DNA from: Antedon mediterranea
Taxonomy: Eukaryota; Animalia; Echinodermata
Assembly: GCF_964355755.1 (NCBI RefSeq)
Contig: NC_092680.1
Coordinates: 2,852,001-2,916,000 of the forward strand
Direction: 5' to 3'
Length of the DNA stretch: 64,000 bases
The notes under the pieces are model-generated. The model did no database searches. It was not told the DNA's origin and saw only the letters and a list, made by a program, of their open reading frames with translations. Within the stretch, counting starts at the first letter, position 1; every line of letters begins with the position of its first letter. Shown here in pieces: positions 38,154 through 50,200 of the stretch. Made by a program: the position numbers and the translations under genes.

Positions 38154-41100
38154 TTAATTTACAACTGCCAAAAGTACATCTTGGCATCTACCATCATACT
38201 TCACAATGATGTCATCAACAAGTTTGACGTCATATTTTGTTAAGTATTTGTCACGCACAAAGCACATATCATTCTATAATAAAAAGAAAATTACAAACAT
38301 TGTTTGAATAATAATATATACCGTTTTTAGTTGTTGAGAATAAATTTAGAAAATAAAAATATTAATATGGTTTCATACTGTGTACTATTCAAGATCAACT
38401 GTAAATACACATTCTAGAATAAACAATTACTATTGGTCTACATGTATACATCTATATTTACATTATATTGCACTGATGAAGGGCTAGTGTTGCCCGAAAG
38501 CTCTGCTAACTTTTCTGGCTGTTTTACTTCTCGTTTTGATTTTTATTTTGTATCTCCATTGAGATCCAGCCACTGATACCCACATCATTGTCATTTTTTC
38601 AGTAATTTGCCTTTGGATTTATTTACATTATTATACACAACGAAATAATAACTATCAAGCATGTCAAAGTAACAATCGAATAATGCAATAATAAATAAAT
38701 TATAATAAAACTAAATGTTTGTCTTTTTTAAAAATAAAAATACTCTTTTATACTCACTCTTGCACAATCTATGACAGTGTTTACCAACAGGTTCTCGTCA
38801 ACACTTCCAGAAGAAGGATAGAGGGCGTCATGAATGCGAACTACACAATAAAGGACCGGGTCCTCGGCGACTTGCACTAGTGATAAGAAAAAAAAATGTT
38901 TGTTACAAAAAAATCCAACTCATTTCAATAGATGGATTGCAATCATTTAATTATAGCCAACCGTAGGCCCTATATCACTAGTGAGTCCAGAGGCAAACAG
39001 TAAGACAAATATTCAGTGACACTTTTTACACACTAAAACAACAGTTATATCGTATTTCTTACCAATGTTAAGAAATCCGTGCATCACAGGGCCTTTTATA
39101 TTCCGTTGAAGATAGTATTTGAAGTTTCTTGGGTAAATCTTATAGTTTACATGAAAAACAATAAGATATGTAATATTTTACTCATTTTTAACGCATGTTT
39201 GAGATGTTCTCAAATATTGTAAAATTAGTAGAAATTTGAAAAAAAAGAAAGAAATCAAAACTTGATGATATTTACCTCCTCAAACTTTGCCAGGACATGT
39301 TGAAGATGTTCGAAATCACGTGTTGACAATACACTTTGGACCAAACGAGCGTTTCCCGCATTCTTACGAACAGACTGTAAAAAGATGTAGAGAACTTTAA
39401 TTTTTACTTGAACCGACTGTTTGTTTAAAAATTATAGTATAATTACTTAATTAATATTTCATTCAGCAAGTCTACACTCATTGGTGCTGTGAACTATCTG
39501 ATACCAGATATAATCAAAGATTAGTATTTTTTAGTAGCTTAGAGAGTCAACATTTAAATAAGAAATAGTAGAATGTCCTTACGTCTCTAAGTGTATGTAC
39601 ATCTGTATCCAACAGAGTTTCATCAAGAGAACCAGTCTCATCTCGGCCACCCTATATCAAAGATATTATATATAATTCACTTTTAATTTTTGGCATTGAT
39701 ACAAAAGATTTGTTATGGATTATCACATGCAGTTTATGTAATTACTAGCTACACAATAACAGCAAACATAACAAACAGAATGTCGTTACAGATACATTGG
39801 TTAAGCTTGGTTCCCACTAGAATGTAACGCAAAAACGTAAACGCAACGCAAGCGTTTTAACCAATGACAACCGAAGTTATAGACAGTTAGTAATCACAAG
39901 CGAATAAGCCATCGCTTGTGATTGGTCAATTCACTTGCGTTGCGTTACGTCTTTGTGTTGCGTCGCCAGTGGGAACCACGCTTTATATTTACTAATTACA
40001 GAAGCTTTAAGGTGATTACTTTACCGCCTCTGATGCACTATTGGAATGCAATTTATATAATAATCATACTCTACCTCTGCAAGTGACCGTAAAAGACGTT
40101 CATTATTTGTCTGGAAAACATCAGCTAAATCAGCATCCATTGTTCGTCCAGTCACTAGATTTGAAATTTGACAAAATATTATGAGACTATTAATTCGTAC
40201 TGATGTAAACAATGACAAAAGTACAGGAAAAAATTAGATCGTTATTTGATATTTTAACTCATGTTCATATGTCTATAGTTTATAATTTTTGCTTACAAAA
40301 ACTTAGTACTAAAACATTAAAATTAAAGATACCTTTCAACCAATTAATAGAACACGTCTATCGAAAAATCGCACATATAAAATATTTGAATATTCAATAA
40401 CTTACATTGTGTATAAGCGTCGTTGATTTTATTGACCTCCTACAAAACAATAAAATAAATTATAAATATATTTTATCAACTTTTTAAACAACAGCAACAA
40501 TTTGCAACTGTTTCATTATGTAAAAGGAAACGTCTGTCTCAATTATGTTTCAGTTTCTTATATTGTTTGATAAAAAAACGAAGAAGAACTTTACCTTATT
40601 CGTTTTCTGGATCAACACTTGGCTTATCACACGTTCATCGTGATTCTGTAATCACGAACACACATTGATTAATATTAAAAGTGTTTTCATTTTGTTTATT
40701 ACGTGTATATTTTGATTACTGTATTTTGTAATATGAATAGTTGTGTAAGGAGAGTTTAGTTTTACTTAGAACGAAGTAAGAAGTGGGCATTCTTTTTCTT
40801 TTCTACTGGTAACTTCTTAACTAGTTTTGTATTGTGATCCCATTTCAACTGAGTTCTATATTACAATACCGATAGGATTGAGGAACTAGAAGTCTCAAAT
40901 ACTATTTTTTCTATAGCAATATTTGAACGAAGAAGAATGTAAGATAAATAAGGTGAAAGAGTAAACAATAAATTAAATTTAGATTATTGTTCTCCTCTAG
41001 TTAACCGTTTTTTTCTAAAGTTGAAATAAATCTGGATTACCTGGATAGCAGGTATTAACACGTTGGCGGAAAAATATTCTGCCGATTCTAGAAGCAGAAG

Positions 41101-43160
41101 TAGGCAGTCTAGTCCAATGTAATCCGGTATTGATTCAATTAGCTCATCGACAAGTTCCTAAAATGGAAATAATTAATCACATAAATTAGATATACAGATT
41201 TAGTATTGATAATATATACAAATATGAAACCAAAAACAAAAATATCTAAAATTTAAAAAATTCTAGTTTCAAAAACAAAAGTAACCATCTAATAACACTA
41301 AATACTTTTATTTCCGCGATTATAAAACATTCAGGATAATTGAATTAATTAAAGATTTACAGCAACTAAAGTAATAGTTGTATTATACTTTGATAGGACG
41401 AACACAAAATAAACTTACACTTCCATATGCTACTTTGTAGTATGACTTAATTTCCTGGCGCTCTAGGTTTGTCGGTGGTCCAAGCTCTGATAGAATCACA
41501 GATATATCTGGATCTATAACATATATACAATATCAAGTTATATGATAATGTTTAACATTGTTTACTGATATTACATTTGTATATTTTTTCTCTTTTTTTG
41601 TTTAGGTGGAATAGTATCTCAATAAGATTACTTAAGGCACAAACTCACTTACAAATTATAATATCTTTTGAACTAAGAAATTATGGAACTCAACATTATT
41701 TCGATATTTTTCATTCATTTTTCGTGACTCGAAAACAATTAAATAAACCCAATCATTCGACATAGTTTACTTTAGTTCAAATAGTTATTATCAATAATAT
41801 AAATGCATACCATTTGACTGCAATACTTCGCTTAGAATGACTGAAGCCGTTACTTTGCTGAAAATTCGCATTTCACACTAAAACGAGTAATAGTACATTA
41901 GTAACAAAAGTGTACCTGTACATTTAGGTACCCATAAAGCTTGGTTCCCACTAGGACGCAACGTAAGGATGTAGACGTAACGCAAGCGAGTTGACCAATG
42001 ACAAGCGGCAGTTGAAATAATCCATCACTTGTGATTGGTCAAACCCCTTACGTTAAGTGTTGTGTCTCTTGTAGAACGCAACGCAAGGACGTAAGCGCAA
42101 TGCCGTTGTCATTGGTCAACTCCCTTTTGTTGCGCTTACGTTTCTTTCTCTTTATTTTTTTCCTATCAGTGCATATAAAGGCTTTAATGACTTTATTATT
42201 TATTATGAAAAAATGTGAATGAACACGTTAGATAAGCGAATACTTGATTATCCAACTCACCGGATATTCTCTGGACTCAATGCCGTCATTCACACTACAT
42301 TCGCCACCACAAACTCCGGATAAGGTTGGTCGAATTCTGTATTGGGAATCTCCTGATGGGCAAAACCCCCAGTTGCTCCAAGTTCCTGTAATACAGCCAG
42401 TACTAAGGCTATCATTGTGTCCTTCACCGTCATCACCGTCGTCACCTCCTCCATCGCCGCCGTCAACTCCTTCACCGCCGTCGTCATCGTTGTCCTCATC
42501 TTTGTCGTCATCTGTATCACCATTGTTGTTATTATTGCCTCCCGTACCTGATCCGCATGTATCAGAGCCTTTGCAGGTTTTTGTCTCCGTGTAGTCACTA
42601 CTTGTACATTCAATTCCACCACACGTTGCTTGTTCGTACAACCTGTAGCGTGTTTTAACTCCGCTTTCGCTCTGGCAATTCACGGAGCATTCTCCCCAGT
42701 CACCCCAAGTATCTAGCTGACAATTTACAGGACAACATCCCTCCGGTTGACAGGGAACACCCTCAGCTAAATTGTCACACTCATCGCACTCCGGGTACTT
42801 TGTACGCGTACGATTTTTGTACGCGTTGGCATCGCATTGTTCGGGACACGTGCTCCATTCAGACCAAGCCGTCGTAGGGCAGTTTTCATTACAGCATACT
42901 TCGCCACAATGAAACTCAACTGAAGATTGACAATTGCAACCGTCTGGTTTGGTTAGAACAGCTTGTCGACGAATACACTCCCGTCTATACTCTTGTTGGG
43001 TTGTGCTATGCTCGCAAATATGGCAAATACAAGATGTCCATGATCCCCAGTCACCATATTCACACAAATCGCTTTGGCATGTACTTTGTGCAGATACGCC
43101 ACTAAGATCATATATAAGAAAGATAAACAAAAGTAAACAATAAATGGTTTTAACGACCAT
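38154..43160 (-). CDS. Predicted secreted TSR(thrombospondin type-1)-annexin fusion, short paralog (~608 aa, 12 exons)
   Basis: Exon 1, 43160-42261 (900 nt): signal peptide MVVKTIYCLLLFIFLIYDLSGVSA, three TSR-like modules, an Asp/Gly/Asn linker and a partial TSR, ending at a GTGAGT donor. Then 41877-41811, 41513-41419, 41157-41041, 40645-40595, 40439-40406, 40154-40075, 39651-39583, 39374-39276, 39138-39063, 38876-38758, 38273-38154 encode a divergent four-repeat annexin (PTNLERQEIKSYYKVAYGS, GGRDETGSLDETLLDTDV, KYDVKLVDDII). Exon sizes and phases match the neighbouring annexins; 1827 nt open to TAA. Confidence 0.88.
38468..38508 (+). ncRNA. Minimal type-I hammerhead ribozyme motif (Penelope-like element type)
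   Basis: TTGCA-CTGATGA-A-GGGC-TAGTGTT-GCCC-GAAA-GCTC-TGCTA: conserved core CUGAUGA/GAAA, 4-bp stem II, palindromic AGCT stem III, CUC cleavage triplet and a short stem I (GCA/TGC). Confidence 0.6.
39804..39982. mobile_element. MITE family B (palindromic, Harbinger-like), full copy
   Basis: TIRs AGCTTGGTTCCCACTAG..CAGTGGGAACCACGCT; TTA TSD; internal inverted ACGCAACGCAAG and (G)ACCAATSAC/GTGATTGGTC motifs. Related copies near 33372-33481, 33837-33990, 35612-35720, 41938-42140, 59176-59310 and 61125-61284. Confidence 0.75.
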
Positions 43161-44200
43161 CGTGGAAGAGCTTTATAAACGTTCGTGCAACTGACCCTGG
43201 CTATTCAATATTCTGCTTTAAATACCATTCCTTCGCAGGATGTTGCATTACCCGCAAAATCAAAAGAAAGAAAGCATACTCGTATTACGTGACGTTATTC
43301 ATGAATCTTTTTAGTCAGATGTTTGGCATCGTAACGCGAGAACACTATATCTAACAATAAAATGATATGATCATTATATTGTATTTGGCGCCAGTGCTGT
43401 CACTATCGAATTAGATGTTAATTTTGTTTTCTAATTTAAGTTCAAATTTATTGAATCATATTCGTACTCCCGTGTTTCAAACAGAGATATCCATTTGGTA
43501 AATACACAAAAACACTGTTACAAACAGTATTCTTCCACAATTATTTTATAGTATCTCTCCAGTTAAGAACACTGAAACACTGAAAATGTCCTTTGCTTGT
43601 CTGGTCGTTATTTATTTACTGTTGTAAGACTGTTAAAACTTGTTATTTTGTTTGATGTTTTTATCTGTGTTTATTTTAATTGCTATGTTATTCTGTATAT
43701 TTGTTCATTCATGATCCAGAATTAGCTGGTCTTGTTGTAAACAACAGTGTGATTAAATTAAAATAAATAATAATGAATATATAATATTTATAACAACATT
43801 ATACTTACGCTCTAATCACTAAGTTCTAATACATCAACTTAGTTTTAAAAAGGAGTATTTTGAGATACAAATTATATGGTCATGAATTGTTGGATTACTT
43901 CATTAAAAACTTCCTAAAGCAGCTGTTGTAAAAACTTGTTTATAGACAATTATTTTAGGAAATAAGATACGAGTAACATATGTCAGGCGCATTGTAAAGT
44001 TAGGGTGTCTATTAGCAGTTTCTGTATATAATAGGGAAAACATGATATTCATATTTTGAATGATGACGTAGATTGTACAGTACATCAGTTACACTAATTC
44101 GTATCAGTTAGTCTGGTGTTAGCTTAAAATAAACTGGCTATTTTCAAATATCGCATCGTACTGAGAATGTTTAAGATTCCATCGTATTAACATAGTTAAG
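43161..44200. promoter_or_regulatory. Putative bidirectional promoter between the two TSR-annexin genes
   Basis: 1040 bp between divergent ATGs. TATTTAAA on the minus strand near 43217-43224 and TATATAA on the plus strand near 44025-44031; TGACGT half-sites near 43290 and 44064. Confidence 0.5.
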
Positions 44201-47200
44201 ATGTATATTGTTAGTCCTTGTATTACTACACTGTTAATGCTTATTAGTCTATCTACTTGTGTATACGGAAATTGTCTGGAAGAGGATTGTGTTTTTACAA
44301 AATGGTCTGAGTGGTCTGGATGTATATGTGCAATATGCGACGAAACGGGAGACACAAAACAAAGTTGTTTTCGAACAAGAAGTTTGTTGAATCACGCTGA
44401 TGGCTGCCAGAATGAATGCGGTGAAACATTTGAGTCTGGTTGTATTGGCCAGTGCTGCAATACGTTTTGCGCTGTGACTGAATGGAACCAATGGTCTGAC
44501 TGTCGCTGTTTTGACGATGAGTTGATTGGCAGACGATCTCGGAACCGCACTGGTATAGATGGACAATGTTCAGTGCCATGTGATATAATATACGAAGAAA
44601 GCACATGCGATGACTTCTGTTGTCCAATTGACTGTCATCTTGGACAATGGAATGATTGGTCAGCGTGCTCAGTGGAATGTAACACAGAGGTAGGATATAC
44701 GACCAGAGTTAGAGAAATGGTACAGGGAACTTGTGGTGGAAACGTGTGTTCATTATTTGATTCCACTGAAGTTAAACAATGTAATGGAGTATGTGAATTA
44801 TCCGAATGGTCCTCTTGGAATTGCACTTGTGATCAGTGTATGATCAACTCGACAAATATTTTTGATCACTGTGTCCGAACCAGAATGAACTGTAGCGATC
44901 GTTGTGGTGATTTACTTGAAGAGAAATGCACTGAAGGTAACTGCTGCGATTCTACTTGTGAGCTGAACATTTGGAGTGAATGGACGGAATGTTCTGCACC
45001 ATGTGATTCTGCAGAGATCGGAACACAAATCAGGAGTCGATCAGTCGCAAGTCAATGCGCTGGACACCCATGTCAAAGTCTGGAAGATTCGCGTTTATGT
45101 AATGCTTCGTGTTGTCCACACCACTGCACTGTTAGTGATTGGGGTCAATGGACTTTATGTACCGCTAACTGTGAATCAGATAACGGAACACAAGTTCGTA
45201 CACGTAATTTGAATCAAGGAGCATGCGGAGGGTTAATGTGCAGTGACGAAGATTGGCGTGATATAAGAACATGTCAGGGAGCATGTCGTTTGGATTCATG
45301 GTCAGATTGGGTATGTCTTTGTTCGTCATGCAATAAAAACGACCCTGATAATCCTTACAGAGAATGTTCAAGACGGAGAGACGAGATCAATCCAGACATC
45401 TGTCGTGGTAACTGTGGAAGTCTTTTGGAGTATAAATGTGAGGGTGACTGTTGCGATGAGCTCTGCACGGTTGGAGAATGGGGCGATTGGACAACGTGTG
45501 ATGCTGCATGTGGGTTTAGCAGTATGGGAAATATGACTAGAACACGCCAACCATCTGAATCTTGCTCTGGCGATCCTTGTAGCAGTATTGTGGAGATTAA
45601 GGAATGTTTTTCACCCCACTGTTGTCCAGAAGATTGTGTAATTCATCCATGGGAGTCTTGGTTACCATGTAGTAATGAATGTTCAGTTGAAGAAGGAACA
45701 CGGGTAAGATATCGTTCTTTTACTCAAGGATCATGTAATGGCATGCTCTGCTCGGAAGGAGATCGTTTTGAAATTGAAAGCTGTCAAGGAAACTGCAATG
45801 TTAGTACATGGTCAGAGTGGTCATGTGATTGCCAAACTTGTTCAGTTATAAATAACACGGTGTTATATAATTATTGTACGAGAAATAGGACAGTATCCAT
45901 GTCAAGCGAATGCAGCACATGTGAAGAAAATGAAAGCATGTGCAGAAACTTTGAAGAAGAATGTTGTGATGAAACTTGTCTTGCCGATGAATGGTCTACG
46001 TGGTCATTATGTACTGTTGGATGCGAAACATATTCTAACGGCACACAGGAACGAACACGTCAACTAATTGAATTATGCACTGGTCGTCCATGTTTTGATG
46101 TTTATGATCAACGTGAATGTGGGTCTCACTGTTGCCCTGAAAACTGTACTTTTGGACCATGGGAGGAATGGGCAGAATGTAGTAGCAAATGCAGTACAAT
46201 AATTGGTTCGCAAGTACGATTTAGAGATATCAACCAAGGATCATGTGGTGGAAACATGTGCAATGAGACAGATGCAATAGATATTCGTACCTGTTATGGT
46301 TATTGTGAAGTTTCATCGTGGTCTGAGTGGAGCTGTGTTTGTAGTGATTGCTCAAATAGTAACTCAACCCTCTTTAATGATTGTCGACGAACACGTAGTG
46401 AGACAAATGATTGTGAAGGGTTAAATTCATGCGGAAGTTTATTTGAGAGCACCTGTTCTGCTGAGTGTTGTAATGAGATGTGTAGCCTGTCACAATGGAC
46501 AGAATGGACGTCTTGTTCAGCGGAATGCATGACAGATGGGACTGGATCTCAATATCGAGTTCGTAGCATCGATGATTTTTGTATGACAGACCCTTGTGAA
46601 GTATTATTTGAAAACAGAACATGTAATGCTATGAATTGTTGTCCTGTTAGCTGTACATTGGACGAATGGCAAAACTGGTCAACGTGCACAAGTGTTTGCA
46701 GTGACCAAGAAGGTTATCGAGCAAGGTATAGAGATTACAATCAAGGGTCCTGTGGAGGAGTAATATGCACAGACGACCATTATTATGAGGTTGAGGCTTG
46801 TATGGGCAATTGTACACTTACCACCTGGAGTGAATGGGATTGCATGTGTGAATTATGTAGTGACGAAGACACCAAGTTACGTAACTCATGTATAAGAGAA
46901 AGATCACAGGTGGTACCTGGTAGCTGTATAAGTGAGGATGTATGTGGATCGCTTGTAGAACGGGGTTGTTTTGAGGTCTGCTGTGACAAATCATGTGCCG
47001 TTACCGAATGGGGAGAGTGGAATACATGCAGCGCTCCATGTGATACAGACGAATTTGGAGAGCAGATGAGACACCGTAGTCCAATCGGTATTTGTCAAAG
47101 TGACCCATGTCATAATTTGACAGAGATTAGATCATGTTTAGCTGGATGCTGTCCAATTGACTGTTTTATGGGTGAGTGGACTGAATGGTTTACATGTTCG

Positions 47201-50200
47201 TCATTTTGTCAACATACAACAGGAGTACAAGCGCGGGCGAGAAATATGGAACAAGCATACTGCGGAGGATTAAATTGCACAGTCGACGACAACTACGAAA
47301 TACGGCCATGTCAAGGTGAATGTTTACTTTCAGAATGGTCATCATGGAATTGTTCATGTACTATTTGTAATCCGAACGAAATAAATTTTCACGAAGAATG
47401 CGTCAGAGAGCGTTATGAGATTCGCCCCGAAGAATGTGATGGTAGATGTGGATCATTGCTGGAGACTACATGTTCTGAGGAAGACTGCTGTGACGAGTTC
47501 TGTAGTTTAAGTCAGTGGTCTGAGTGGTCGGATTGCAATGCTGCTTGTGGAGTGAATGATACAGGCATAGCTTCCAGAACAAGGCAACCGGTAGCAGCGT
47601 GTTTTTCAGATCCTTGTGTCGATGTTTATGAGTCGAAACAATGTATGGGTCCAGAATGCTGTCCTGTGGATTGTAACATGGGAGAATGGACTCAATGGTC
47701 ACTATGCTCATCGATATGTTCCAGTGACAGTGGGTTAATGCACCGTAATCGAGAGATAATTCAGGGTGTCTGTGGTGGTGAGCTTTGTTTTGATAATGCT
47801 GGATATGAAATCGCTTCCTGTTATGGAAATTGCACACTAAGCGAGTGGACAGATTGGACATGTAAATGTGACTTTTGTGATCAGGATGCGATTCTTAAAA
47901 ATGACTGTATTCGCCAGAGGTCCGAAGTTTCTCCTGAATTTTGTATCGATGACTTATGTGGTACACTGATTGAACGGGTATGCTCTAGAGAGTGCTGTGA
48001 TGAATTTTGTATATTGAGTGAATGGTCTGTCTGGTCAACTTGTTTAGCATCTTGTAACACAAGTGTCATTGCTACAAAAGAGCGTAGCAGGGAGCCTATA
48101 GTTTGGTGTCTCGCTCCTCCTTGCAATTCTACCGAAGAAGTATCAATTTGCGATGACAGTTGTTGCCCTATAGACTGTACACTTGAAGAATGGAATGCGT
48201 GGCTGCCATGTTCATCCGCATGCTCGGACATAATAGGAACACAAATACGAGAAAGAGGAATGCATCAGGGATCTTGTGGTGGAGTGATTTGCTCAGAAGA
48301 TGCGGCATATGAGACACGCGTCTGCTATGGTACATGCCATGTTAATGATTGGACTGATTGGACTTGTAACTGTACAGCTTGTGCCATGGAATCTAATAAT
48401 CAGTATCAAAACTGTTCTCGAAAGCGAACATCAATATTAGACGGCTATTGCTCCGACCATTGTAGTGCCACAGAGCTGAAATGTGATGACTTGTGTTGTG
48501 ACGATTCTTGTACTGTAAACCAGTGGTCTGAGTGGACAGACTGTACAGCTCAGTGCGAATTAAATAGTACAGCATTGCAAGAGCGTTTTAGGAATTCATC
48601 ATCAACATGCGTTGGCGTACCGTGTGCTGAATTGTATGAAGCACGTACCTGTTACAGCCCAGAGTGCTGCTCTGTAAATTGTACAGTCGGTGTATGGTCC
48701 GAATGGACCATATGTTCATCTCGGTGTTCTGGTGAAATAGGCGTGAAACATCGTGTACGTGACGTACAGAATGGGTCATGTGGTGGAACATTATGTAATG
48801 TAACCGATGATCGAATTGACAGCGAATCATGTGTGGGAGAATGTCAGGTTTCAGAGTGGACGGAATGGATCTGTGACTGTAGTTTCTGTAGCAATTCAAA
48901 TTATTCGAGGCAAAATTGTACGAGACATCGAAATATTATTGATCCGGAAACGTGCTTATTGTCAGAATGTGATCTTCAAGAAACCAAATGTGGTGAAGAG
49001 TGTTGTGATGAAGATTGTGAATTGAGTGAATGGAGTGTCTGGTCAAATTGTTCTAAGTCATGCGATGAGACAGGTTCTGGAATAATGTATAGAGAACGTT
49101 CCATCATAAACCAATGTAATGCCGATCCGTGTGAACCTATCTTTGAAGAAAACGAATGCTTCCCGTCTTGTTGTCCCAAAGACTGTAAAATCGGCGTCTG
49201 GACTTTATGGTCACAGTGTACTGTACTTTGTTATTTTGATGTTGGAATTCAATCTAGATCAAGAGATATATGGCCAGAGGTATGTGGTGGGCGCTCGTGT
49301 AACAATTCGGATGTATATCAAGTGAAGCAGTGTTCAGGCCCATGTGAACTTTCAGAGTGGAGTGAGTGGGCATGTGAATGCTCACTTTGTAATGTTACGA
49401 CTGACCTACTCTACAATAATTGTTCAAGATCAAGAACTGAATCTGATTATATATGCAATGGGAACTGTGGTAACATAATAGAGCATCAGTGTGTGCAACT
49501 ATGTTGTGATCCTCAATGCAACGTGACTAACTGGAGTTTATGGAGTTCGTGTAGCCTAGATTGCGGTGTAGAAGGACACGGAGAGCAAACTCGAATAAGG
49601 TCTGTCAATGGTCCCTGTCGCGCCGACCCCTGTGATGCATTATTTGAGATTAAAAACTGCTCATCTGAATGCTGTCCTAGAGATTGTTTAATAGGATCTT
49701 GGACAGATTGGAGTAATTGTTCTGCTAGTTGTTCCTTTGCTGTAGGAACCAAACGTAGGTCTAGAACATTCTTTCAAGCTGAATGTGGTGGAATTGAATG
49801 CTTAGATATGGACAACAAAGAGGAGATAGAGTGCAATGGTGCATGTGAAATTTCAGATTGGAATCAATGGTCATGTGTTTGTCATTTCTGCGTTCCAGGT
49901 GACCAGTACCTTCATAACCAGTGTACACGGACTAGGAGTCAATCTCCCGAATGTACTGGTCTTGAAGAATCATGTGGACAACTTGAAGAAGAAATATGTG
50001 GTGATGAATGTTGTGATGATTTTTGTTTTGTCAGTGATTGGAGTGAATGGGGTGAATGCTCAGCTAATTGTGCAAATGAAACGAATGGAATACAAGAGAG
50101 ATCAAGGACGCAGATATCTCAGTTCTGTTTGGGTCCGCCATGCGAAGCATTGGTTATAAATAGAACCTGCAGCTCTACCTGTTGTCCACGTGACTGTAAC

